In this document: positions 1 to 10,395 of the stretch, piece after piece
How the letters are laid out: each line of letters starts with the position of its first letter
Numbering within the stretch: the stretch's first letter is position 1
NCBI RefSeq assembly: GCF_006345805.1
Contig: NW_021836907.1
Span: 1 to 20,225, forward strand
Direction: 5' to 3'
Source of the DNA: Octopus sinensis
Taxonomy: Eukaryota
DNA: 20,225 nt
Translations under genes and position numbers: made by a program
Notes under the pieces: generated by a model
The model's input: the letters and a program-made list of their open reading frames with translations, nothing else
What the model was told of the DNA's origin: nothing
Database searches by the model: none

Positions 1-1
1 G

Positions 2-192
2 ATGTATGTATGTATGTATGTATGTATGTATGTATGTATGTATGTATGTAGTATGTATGTATGTATGCGTGTATGTATGTATATGTATGTATGGTATGTA
101 GTATGTATGTATGTATGTATGTATGTATGTATGTATGTATGTATGCGTGTATGTATGTATGATGTATGTATGTATGTATGTATGTATGTATG
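2..192. repeat. (ATGT)n microsatellite with variant units
   Basis: Direct tetranucleotide tandem repeat; source of the MYVC ORF artefact. Confidence 0.97.
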
Positions 193-575
193 TTTGAATG
201 AATAAAGGTGTCTATGTACGCCTATGTTTATGTGTATTTGTGCATGTATGTTTATTTGTGGATATAAGTATCTGCACACGTAAATGTGGACGGATATATT
301 TTCACATATATGTGTACATTCATGCATGCCATACCATATATCCATTTGTATACGAAATTTTATACACCATTGCATGTATGGGTCTATAACTTTTAACATA
401 TCTTTGTATACATATAATTATGTTAGCATATGCATATCTGTGTGTGCTAAAACTCTGTAATGTTTTACATATTTACACTATTATATTAATGGATTGCAAT
501 AGCAATACTTTGTTACTTTCGTAAAGCTCAGCTTCTCAAGTTTGATGTTGGGAAGATCAGTGCTCCGATACTTAC

Positions 576-810
576 GGCGAGCTGGCAGAAACGTTAGCAC
601 GCCGGGCGAAATGCGTAGCCGTATTTCGTCTGCCGTTACGTTCTGAGTTCAAATTCCGCCGAGGTCGACTTTGCCTTTCATCCTTTCAGGTTCGATAAAT
701 TAAGTACCAGTTACGCACTGGGGTCGATATAATCGACTTAATCCGTTTGTCTGTCCTTGTTTATCCCCTTTGTGTTTAGCCCCTTGTGGGTAGTAAAGAA
801 ATAGATATTT
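576..810 (+). mobile_element. tRNA-derived SINE, family A, monomer
   Basis: A-box-like TGGCAGAAACG, B-box GAGTTCAAATTCC (645-657), core GCCTTTCATCCTTTCAGGTTCGATAAATTAAGTACCAG; near-identical copies at 8888 and 19252-19482. Confidence 0.9.
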
Positions 811-1159
811 ACAGATATAAATGAAAAGCCATGCTCAAGATGTAGCATCTATAGACATCTCATTCGTTCAGTACAGATGATTTTACTTCTCAGAATATTT
901 TAGCCTTATGTTAAATTCTGTTAGACACCTGATTTCCACTACATGTTTTCTTCTTTTATACCCTTTCACCAAGACCAGTCCGTTGTGACTACATTTGATG
1001 AAGGTCTCGAGAGGAACAATACATGTGAATACGCTCATAGCAGTTCTATATTTTTTATAATGTAACCAACATAATTATCCTTGAATGAATTGCATTGTGT
1101 AACATTTTGGCCATAACACCATTCATCGTACTGACATTTTGTAACAGCTGCTTTTCATA

Positions 1160-1379
1160 TACTCTTTACTCTTTTACTTGTTTCAGTCATTTGACTGCGG
1201 CCATGCTGGATCACCGCCTTTAATCGAGCAACTCGACCGCGGAACTTATTCTTTTGTAAGCCCAGTACTTATTCTATCGGTCTCTTTTGCCGAACCGCTA
1301 GCTAACGGGGACATAAACACACCAGCATCGGTTGTCAAGCAATGCTAGGGGGGCAAACACAGACACACAAACACACACA

Positions 1380-1426
<47 letters not shown>

Positions 1427-1598
1427 ACATATATACGACAGGCTTCTTTCAGTTTCCGTCTACCAAATCCACTCACAAAGCTTTGGTCGGCCCGAGGCTA
1501 TAGCAGAAGATACTTGCCCAAGATGCCACGCAGTGGGACTGAACCCGGAACTATGTGGTTGGTAAGCAAGCTACTTACCACACAGCTACTCCTGCGCC
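1160..1598 (-). mobile_element. tRNA-derived SINE, family B, full length with internal (TA)n
   Basis: Minus strand reads TAGCTGTGTGGT (A box), GGTTCAGTCCC (B box), internal (TA)n at 1383-1432, 3' tail CCAGCATGGCCGCAGTCAAATGACTGAAACAA(GTAAAAGA)n; matches the + copy at 8238-8640. Confidence 0.9.
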
Positions 1599-2035
1599 TA
1601 TAGGGAACATCTCCCATAATTTCACAGTCTGATTTCATTGGCACATTAACAAAGGATATAAACAGATATGAGAAAAATGGAGAATATAACTAAACATGAA
1701 CAGTCTTCAAAAATGAATAGAATATATTGAGGCGAATCAAAAGTTTCGCAACATTTCCATAGGCTGCAGCGTGTGCATCACCTTACCGAAGCAGTCCAAG
1801 TCATCGAAGGTACCCGTTGAGGTTGGTAGACTCGTGGTGCAACGCGATGGTCCCTAGTTTCAATGTTAAGCTGCTTTTGTTGCAACTTGACGAATAAAAC
1901 AAATAGGCACCAAAATATTCCAAAAGTTTTGACTCGGTACCATAAAACCAATTATAAAGAAGCAAGTGTACAAGCGCAGTTAAAAGACTAACAGTATTGG
2001 TTCTAAGTGGCTTTGATATACATGTATACATGCGT

Positions 2036-2118
2036 ACACACACACACATACATACATACATACATACATACATACATACACATACACACATACATACATA
2101 CATACATACATACATACA

Positions 2119-2150
<32 letters not shown>

Positions 2151-2225
2151 CGTACGTACATACATACATACATACATACATACATACATACATACTACAT
2201 ACATACATATATATATGTATATGTA
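2036..2225. repeat. (CATA)n microsatellite
   Basis: Direct tandem repeat. Confidence 0.97.
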
Positions 2226-2227
2226 TC

Positions 2228-2340
2228 GGAGTCGATAAATAAAGTACCAGTTGCATACTGGGGTCGATATAATCGACTTAATCCCTTTGTCTGTCGTTGT
2301 TTGTCGCCTCTACGTTTAGCTCCTTGTGGGTAGTAAAGAA
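2228..2340 (+). mobile_element. SINE family A, 3' half
   Basis: GTCGATAAATAAAGTACCAGTT...CCTTGTGGGTAGTAAAGAA matches the 3' half of 576-810. Confidence 0.85.
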
Positions 2341-2409
2341 TATATATGTATATGTGTGTGTGTTTGTTTGTGTGTGTGTGTGTGTGAGTGTATGTGTGTG
2401 TGTGTGTTT

Positions 2410-2453
<44 letters not shown>

Positions 2454-2900
2454 TCTCTCGTCGTGTGCGACAAATGAAGGTTCAGTAAAATAAAGCAATA
2501 ACCATGTTCTATGAACATCAACGTGTCTCTTTTGCTTCGTGCTGGTGGCCTGCAAACCTTTTGGCAAATGGAATGAGGACTCAGCTTGCTCGAATGCTTG
2601 TGAATCATTTACTGTGTGTTTTCTTGAGTGGACGGCAAGGCCTACTTTGTTTCGTGCCACAAAACCACAATGACAGATAAGGTTTCCATTTAGAGGAGCA
2701 GCGTTTTGCCTGCGTGCCTTCACGTTTGCACGTAGTTGGTCCCGATATTGGAGTCGGCTTCGCTCAAATCTTTGAACTGAAGAGAAGCAGGACTGTCACT
2801 GGGTCCTGAGTTCTGATGCCTTCTTTTCCTAGGAAGAAAAGGGTATGTTGCATCGCTTCAGATTGTCTTTTAATTTATCTTTGAAGCGCAAGAGTGGCTT
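2341..2900 (-). mobile_element. RTE-clade LINE 3' fragment (ORF2 C-terminus, 3'UTR, (CA)n tail)
   Basis: Minus translation KPLLRFKDKLKDNLKRCNIPFSS*EKKASELRTQ*QSCFSSVQRFERSRLQYRDQLRANVKARRQNAAPLNGNLICHCGFVARNKVGLAVHSRKH resembles RTE/BovB ORF2 ends with a terminal C2H2-type finger; two in-frame stops; ends in (CA)n at 2341-2452. Confidence 0.8.
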
Positions 2901-2923
2901 ATATATGTATATATATATATATA

Positions 2924-2976
2924 TGTGCTCCAGCATGGCCACGGTCAAGTGACTGAAAGAAGGAAAAGAGTAAAAG
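2924..2976 (+). mobile_element. Isolated SINE family B 3' tail
   Basis: GTGCTCCAGCATGGCCACGGTCAAGTGACTGAAAGAAGGAAAAGAGTAAAAG matches the tail at 8577-8630. Confidence 0.75.
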
Positions 2977-2980
2977 TTTA

Positions 2981-2994
2981 ATATGTATATATAC

Positions 2995-3040
<46 letters not shown>

Positions 3041-3405
3041 TAATAATATTAGGGAATAAATCCAAACTTACAGGGAAAAATTAGATTTAGGATTAAATCC
3101 AATTTATAGTATAAATATATTATATTATATTAAATTAGAGATAAGCCACTATTAGGCAAATCAAACAGTGAAAAACATAAGCCAATACATAAAATTAATT
3201 AAAAAATATAAAAGTTAAAAATTTAAAAATTATTAAAATAATTTAAATTTATAAATTTTAAATATATATATACAAATACAAATATAAATATATAGATATA
3301 TTATATATATATATATATATATATAAATGTATGTAGTATTTTTATATTTTTATATATTATTATATTTTTATATATATATATATATATACATATATATATT
3401 ATATA
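2981..3405. repeat. (TA)n tracts flanking a very AT-rich ~200-bp unclassified insert
   Basis: (TA)n at 2981-3035 and ~3260-3405; the middle is non-periodic AT-rich sequence. Confidence 0.7.
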
Positions 3406-3820
3406 TGATACTATGATGGTCTGGCAACAGTTGTCAAGATAAGATTTTGCATAATTATTTTGTTTTCTTTATTCTGAAATCTGTATAATATATTCCATGT
3501 AAATCCATGCTTTAAGCCTGCATTTATCTGATTTCCTACTTCCATGACATCACGATAAGGGTTGTTCTTAAATCTAACTTTAACAAATTACACTTTGCTG
3601 TATTCATTGCGTGGTGGTGTCTTTAGCGATCAGTGCTTGAGAAATGAAACGGATGGTCACGGATAGAATATCTTGGACTGGGAAATATCTGGGGTAAATA
3701 GCAAAAAAAAAAATAATAAAGATCAAATAAATACCAAAATATAGAGAAATAGTCACTACATATGGAATACGGTCACTGTTAATACTGTATTAGGATAAAT
3801 AGAACTAATATGTGCATGCA

Positions 3821-4415
3821 TACGAGGTCTGGTCAATAAGTATCCGGACTGTTACCAAAATAATGAAGCTAAAGCACGCAGAGTGAGGTCGCTTGGCAGA
3901 GATTGAACTTTGCTGTGCATGTGCACTAAGTTTCCACGTTCTAGCTTCTACAAATTACAGCAGTGCTTGAAAGGAAGGTGTGTAGCGTGTGATCGACAGA
4001 GAAAGTTGCCATGGTGATATTTGTTTAGAGGCCTACGCAAAGTTGCAGAAAGTGTATGGAGAGGAGTGTGTGAGCTGCACACAAGTGTGCGAGTGGTTCT
4101 GACGTCTCCAAGGTGGCCGAAAAATGTCGATATTGACGAACGTTCTGGGAGACCCGCAACCAGCAGGACTGAGAAAAACATTACAAATGTGCGTGCAGTT
4201 GTGAATGGAAATCGTCGAATCACCAACCGTGAGTTATCAAGGGATGTGCAGATTTGTTACGGTTTAGTCCATTATCACTGAAGATTTGGGTATGAGATGT
4301 GTGTCTGTCAAGTTTGTGCCCAAAACTGCTTTTAGCTGACAAAAAATAGACTCGGGTTTCAGTTGCACGAGATATCCTATATTGTGTCTAGAACGATGAA
4401 AACATTTGGAAAACT
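3821..4415 (+). mobile_element. mariner (Tc1/mariner) DNA transposon, 5' half, decayed transposase
   Basis: Begins TA|CGAGGTCTGGTCAATAAGTATCCGGACT (TIR-like). Translation across frameshifts: AYAKLQKVYGEECVSCTQVCEWF*...DERSGRPATSRTEKNITNVRAVVNGNRRITNRELSRDVQIC...ITEDLGMRCVSVKFVPKLL, i.e. HTH region plus WVP(R/K)xL-type motif. DD34D catalytic part and right TIR not seen. Confidence 0.9.
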
Positions 4416-4427
4416 TATATATATATA

Positions 4428-4825
4428 CTAGCAGTATCGCCCGGCGTTGCTCGGGTTTGTAAGGGAAATAACTATATAAGCATTTTTAGAGAGTTATAAC
4501 CAAAAAATAGCAAAAAAATGCATTAAAAATGGAAAACAAATGATGGTAAATTTTTATTAAAATCGTTGACTCATCGTAGACATTTTTAGAGAGTTACTTC
4601 TCTTATATAATAGCGAAAAAATGCATTAAAATGAGAAAAATTATGGAAATTTTTTTTAAATCGTAGACTCATTGTAGAGCGAAGCGCGCTAATACCCAGA
4701 AGGGCTCGATATGAATCACGACTATAAGATACCCGGTTTTGGTTAAACTGCACCGCAAATGTGGGAGTAGTTAGGAATCTAAATCGTAGGAGACAGACAC
4801 ACGACTTAACTTTTATATATAAAGA
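4428..4825 (-). mobile_element. Non-autonomous Helitron, 398 bp, both termini present
   Basis: Minus strand: a|TCTTTATATATAAAAG...CCCGAGCAACGCCGGG hairpin (4440-4455), 8 nt, CTAG|t. Canonical 5'TC, 3'CTRR, A/T insertion site, no TSD. Confidence 0.85.
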
Positions 4826-5137
4826 TATATAATATATATGTGCGTGTGTACGTGTGCACGTGTGTGTTTATACATATATATATGAATGTGTCTGTCTGAC
4901 TATGTAAGTTTGTATTTCTGTCTCGACTCATATATATGTGTGTGTGTATATGTGCGTGTGTGAGTGTGTTGTGTATGTATGTCTATGTATATATGTGTAT
5001 ATACACATTCATATTCACAGTTCATACATATTGACAATGTATGAATGCAACTATCTGCGTATACATCCATCCACCCAATCATTTATATAGGTATAGATGC
5101 ATCTAGTTATTTATTTCGCCATTTTTCTATCTATCTC

Positions 5138-5198
<61 letters not shown>

Positions 5199-5199
5199 A

Positions 5200-5244
<45 letters not shown>

Positions 5245-5265
5245 GTCTGTCTGTCTGTCTGCCTC

Positions 5266-5296
<31 letters not shown>

Positions 5297-5413
5297 CTAT
5301 CTATCTATCTTTCTATCTATCTATCTATATACATATCTATGTATATATAGGTGTATATATATATATCTAATATATTATATATATATATATATATATAATA
5401 TATATAATATTAT

Positions 5414-5444
<31 letters not shown>

Positions 5445-5560
5445 TTATATATTATATATATATCTGTCCTGTCATTGTCTATTTATCTCCTTGTCTGTCT
5501 GTCTGTCTATTGTCTGTCTATCTTTCTATCTCTGTGCCTTTATCTCTCTATACCTAAGAT
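4826..5560. repeat. Compound microsatellite: degenerate (TG/TA), (CTAT)n ~5126-5340, (TA)n ~5341-5463, (CTGT)
   Basis: Direct tandem repeats; source of the IYLS ORFs. Confidence 0.92.
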
Positions 5561-5673
5561 GATTTCTATATGCGAATACTATAGACTATAGTCACACATA
5601 TCAACATTTTCTGTCACTGTCACGTAAAAGATTCAGGCTATATTGTCTTGATAATGTGTGTGTTTCTATTTAG

Positions 5674-5778
5674 GGGATTAGGGGCTGTTAAACAATCCCT
5701 AGATGACAGAAGCATACAAACAGCGCAGAACGTTCCTTTGGGTTTCAGGCAACCCTACGATTCCATTAATATCTTTTG
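5674..5778 (+). CDS. Candidate 105-nt internal coding exon of an unidentified host gene
   Basis: gtttctatttag|G...TG|gtaaat; symmetric phase 2-2; open frame [34 protein letters not shown] in a non-repetitive island. Protein not recognised. Confidence 0.3.
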
Positions 5779-5889
5779 GTAAATGTCCGCATGGAAGCTT
5801 ACCCAGAGGCGTCTACACTAATGCTCAAAAATCATTACAGTTTGGCAGATACCCGTCCCATACACTCACCCTCCTTCCATATTCCAATC

Positions 5890-5944
5890 TATATATGTAT
5901 ATATATGTATGTGTATGTATGTATATTATATATATATATATATC

Positions 5945-5984
<40 letters not shown>

Positions 5985-6066
5985 ATGTATATATGTATAT
6001 ATATATTCGTATATATACGTATATATACGTATATAAATATATATAACATTTATACACACACACATA

Positions 6067-6101
<35 letters not shown>

Positions 6102-6252
6102 GAACACGCGTTTATACATACAGAGAAAGAGAGAGAGAGAAACAACTCTCATACACGTACACTCACACATACACACACAGACACACACACACACACACAC
6201 ACATGCACACACACACAACACACACACACACACGCATACACACACACACACA
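5890..6252. repeat. Compound (TA)n/(TG)n/(CA)n microsatellite
   Basis: Direct dinucleotide repeats. Confidence 0.92.
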
Positions 6253-6741
6253 CCTTTCTATTTCCATTTCCACGCACGCACACTTACGGACTTTATCTAT
6301 TTTAAACAGGTTTGTCTTTTTTCAGCTTCTGCTTTGCTTTCACACTGAAATCGTCGTCGCAACGACAATTTTCTTGTATCCCGGAGCTGTAGCAACTAAA
6401 CACGTTTCTTCTTTTACTCTTTTCTTTTTAAATTCTATTCCATTTTCTACCATTATTCCTACCTTTTTTTTTTCTTGGCTGTTCTTTTTTCGTTTTTGAT
6501 TTTCTGTTTACATTCCTAGTTTTGACTTTTCTCGTTAGCTATGTTGCTAAAGTTTCAATGCTTTCAAATTATGGGCCGTTTTTCTTTATGTTTTTCCCTC
6601 CAAAACTAAAAAACATAAAGCTACAAGGATGCATATCAAAATGGCGCTCGCAGCAAAGTTAAAATGGTATTAAACTGTGTATTTAATATTCACATACTTG
6701 AGGCTAATTAAACAATTAAGAACATCATTGATTTTGTTATT

Positions 6742-6745
<4 letters not shown>

Positions 6746-6787
<42 letters not shown>
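6746..6787. repeat. (TG)n microsatellite
   Basis: About 21 perfect TG units. Confidence 0.95.
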
Positions 6788-6788
<1 letters not shown>

Positions 6789-6916
6789 CCCTGTGTGCGG
6801 ACAATCTGAGACATTTTTTCACACGTCTAATGTTGTCCTAATTTTAATTTCAAATATTAACATTCTTATTGTTTTGCTTGTGTTTGTGTATTTGCATCTA
6901 TATGTGTATCTGCCTG

Positions 6917-6918
<2 letters not shown>

Positions 6919-6950
<32 letters not shown>

Positions 6951-7052
6951 TGTATGTATGTATGTATGTATGTATGTATGAATGTATGTATGTATGTATG
7001 TATGTATGTATGTATATATGTATGTATGTATGTACGTATGCATGTGTCTGTC

Positions 7053-7103
<51 letters not shown>

Positions 7104-7104
7104 C

Positions 7105-7144
<40 letters not shown>

Positions 7145-7176
7145 GTCTATCTATCTATCTATCTATCTATCTATCC

Positions 7177-7207
<31 letters not shown>

Positions 7208-7208
7208 C

Positions 7209-7243
<35 letters not shown>

Positions 7244-7280
7244 CATCTATCTATCTATCTATCTATCTATCAATCAATCA

Positions 7281-7324
<44 letters not shown>

Positions 7325-7340
7325 GTCTATCAATCAATCA

Positions 7341-7405
<65 letters not shown>

Positions 7406-7760
7406 CCTATCTGTCATCTCTCTGTCTATGTGTGTGTGTGTCTATGTATCTGTCTGTGTGTCTGTGTATCTGTCTGTCTGTCTGTCTGTCTCTCTGTGTA
7501 TCTATCTGTCCGGGTACCTGTGTCTTTGTCTGTCTGTCTGTCTGTCTGTCTACATTTCCCTATTTGCTTATTGATAAGTCTGTTTATGTGTCTGTGTAAG
7601 TGTGTTTGAATGTACGTGTGAGTGTGAGTGTGAGTTCATATGAACGTAAGTATGTGGCTGGTGTGCGTGTGTGCTTGTGTGTGCATATTTATGTATGTGA
7701 TTGGTATGTGTGAGTGTGCGTGTGTGTGTGTGTGAGAGTGTGTGGTGTGTGTGTGTGTGT
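6919..7760. repeat. Compound (ATGT)n, (CTAT)n/(CAAT)n, (CTGT)n, (TG)n microsatellite
   Basis: Direct tandem repeats; source of the three ~200-aa ORF artefacts. Confidence 0.95.
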
Positions 7761-8170
7761 GCCAATGCGATTTATTCATGTATCTTGGGAAATCAGGTAA
7801 TGATTGTGTTTCGCTAAAGAATGCTTAAACAACATCTGCTAATTAATTTACATAGTCTTGATAACAACAGATTGTATATCTTTTTTATTTTTTGACACAA
7901 ATAATTTAATTTTTAAAATTTATTATCATTTCCTTGAATGTATTGTTTTATTTGACGGAAATATAAATTATAAATTACTTTTATTTTGATTAAGTACAAA
8001 GGTTATATTTTCTGTCATTCAAATGGGAAAATTAAATTAAAGTGGCATTTATACTCTATCCCCAAGCGATTGTGTGGCGTCAATGAAAAGATATGGCATT
8101 ATCCTGGAATTGAAACCGTATTGTATGACTTGCCTCTTACTCTACGGCACTGCTCAACATTAATTAGTGA

Positions 8171-8237
8171 CTAGCGGGACCCGTGAATATTTCACCGAAT
8201 TAATGGTAAACCTATTTCTGAAAATTTTATTAAAAAA
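8171..8237 (-). mobile_element. Probable Helitron 3' terminus
   Basis: Minus strand: GTGAA-ATA-TTCAC hairpin, GGGTCCCG, then CTAG|t. Confidence 0.45.
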
Positions 8238-8640
8238 CCAGGGGTGGCTGTGTGGTAAGTAGCTTCCTAACCAACCACATGGTTCCGGGTTCAGTCCCAC
8301 TGCGTGGCATCTTGGGCAAGTGTCTTCTGCTATAGTCCCGGGCCGACCAATGCCTTCTGAGTGGATTTCGTAGACGGAAACTGAAAGAAGCCTGTCGTAT
8401 ATATGTATATTATATGTGTGTATGTTGGTGTGTGTGTTTATCCCCCTAGCATTGCTTGACAACCGATGCTGGTGTGTTTACGTCCCGTCCTTGCGGTTCG
8501 GCAAAGAGACCGATAGAATAAGTACTGGGCTTACAAAGAATAAGTCCCGGGGTCGATTTGCTCGACTAAATGCGGTGTGCTCCAGCATGGCCGCAGTCAA
8601 ATGACTGAAACAAGTAAAAGAGTAAAAGAGTAAAGAGAGT
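8238..8640 (+). mobile_element. SINE family B, full length
   Basis: TGGCTGTGTGGT A box, GGTTCAGTCCC B box, short internal TA/TG tract, (GTAAAAGA)n tail; collinear with 1160-1598. Confidence 0.92.
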
Positions 8641-8887
8641 GTAGTCTGTGTTGTGTGTGTATGGAAAGATAATCGCCCATCTGCTTATTCATTGAAAAGT
8701 GGAAGAAATTGGAATACAATGGTTACTTAACACACTTTATAGATATAAACTTTACATAATTTATGCACAATTTCATAGACTTAATACACAGCACTCATAA
8801 AATAAATTTTCGCTCTCATTTTTCTCTATTTTCCCCATAAACAAAGAAAAAAGATCTTGTACTTATACAACCTTCAGTTAAATTGTT

Positions 8888-9103
8888 AGAATCGTTAGCA
8901 CGCTGGGCGAAATGCTTAGCGGTATTTCGTCTGCCGCTACGTTCTGAGTTCAAATTCCGCCGAGGTCGACTTTGCCTTTCATCCTTTCGGGGTCGATAAA
9001 TTAAGTACCAGTTACGCACTGGGGTCGATATAATCGACTTAATCCGTTTTTCTGTCTTTGTTTGTCCCCTCTACGTTTAGCCCCTTGTGGGCAATAAAGA
9101 AAT
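8888..9103 (+). mobile_element. SINE family A, monomer lacking first ~12 nt
   Basis: Collinear and near-identical to 588-803. Confidence 0.9.
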
Positions 9104-9126
9104 CATATATCTGTAACGCAAATAAG

Positions 9127-9789
9127 CGTGAATATTTCACGGAATTGCACTTATGAGCATGCGCTAAATGATAGATGACATAAAAAAACTACACTTTTCG
9201 CTATCCAATCACTACCACCACCGCTTGTTGCCGCCGCCGCCACCACCACCACCACCACCACCACCACTGCCACCGGCACCATTACCAGCACTACCATATC
9301 TCTCTCCCCCTGTCTCTTTTCCTCCTCCTCCTCTCTTTCTCCCTCCCTCTCTACTTTTCTTTCACATCATCCCTCTGTTAAAGTTATATCTTTAACTATC
9401 TTCCGCTATATAATCACTACCTTCAACTAACTTTTTAACCACGTAATACATATTACGTTCCCCCTACCTCATGTAATAGACGTTTCTACCTCCCTCTTTT
9501 TCTCTCACTGTCTTTTCCCCTCTTCCTCTTTTTCTTTCTCCTTCTTTCTGTCTCACTCTTCGCCTTATCCTGTTTTTCTCTCTCCTTTTTCTTTCTCCTC
9601 TTTTTATTTTCAACTAATCACGTGAAAGCGTTACACTTACATTCTCTCTTCCTCACGTCATGGACGCTTTTCTCTCCCTCCTTTTTTCCGCTGTTTTTCT
9701 CCCTCTCTTTTCTCCCTCTTTTTCTCTGACCACGTAAAAGCGTTACCGACGGGCTAAGTAACACAATGACAAGCACAATTATTATAAGA
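9127..9789 (-). mobile_element. Probable non-autonomous Helitron body with 5' terminus
   Basis: Minus 5' end a|TCTTATAATAATTG resembles the 5' end of the 4428-4825 Helitron; internal subrepeats CACGT(A/G)AAAGCGTTAC (~9619, ~9731); (CCA/CCG)n at 9210-9290; hairpin CGTGAA-TAT-TTCACG at 9127-9141. Confidence 0.5.
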
Positions 9790-10395
9790 TTCACTTTTCA
9801 TTAGACGTAGACAACGAAGTAGCTTGCGCGTGGTTACTAACTCTTTTAGAAAAAGCAGCCAACACGGCCCAAATTGAAGGCCTTAAGACATGACGGTAAA
9901 AAAGCAAAACCGCCACAACACCAATTTAAAAGCAAATGAACATCAACATCAATATCTTTATCACAAGACAACCGATGTTTACAAACACATTCACAACCAC
10001 AAAAACACGAAAGCAAAAAGAAACACCCCAGAAACAAAGTTAGCAACAGTCACACTCTCGGGCACGTGCTTCCTTCATTAACTTCACTGTTGTTTAGAAG
10101 AGAGACATTGAATTGGTTGAGTAAGTAATTAATAACAAAAACACTGCATGTGGAGATTTTGTGGAACTCCTCCCGAAAACTTCACCGGGCAGGATGTTAA
10201 TCCAAACAGATACGGATACGTATGTTGATTTGAAACAGTAATTTCCCCAGGACATTGGAGGGTTTAGTAAGTGCCCAAAGAAGAACTTCTTAGAAAAACC
10301 CTTCCCCACTCACCCCTTGGCTAAAAAGAAAACTGTTTCAAAAGTCATCCCTGAAAACTAAGGTACGAAATCCCATTTCCTTTCCTCTAAGTTAA

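Noticed and set aside
576-660. tRNA gene
   Set aside because: A/B boxes are present but continue into SINE body without acceptor stem closure; same for family B heads.
1787-1885. Minus-strand 99-nt exon-like segment LQQKQLNIETRDHRVAPRVYQPQRVPSMTWTAS with gtaagg donor
   Set aside because: AAG acceptor, no partner exon, unrecognised peptide, and opposite strand to other candidates; + strand also shows chance splice signals here.
6310-6720. Pyrimidine-rich unique segment with AAAATGGCG (YY1-like) motif
   Set aside because: No ORF, no second copy in the window, and a single short motif is not enough to call a promoter or element.
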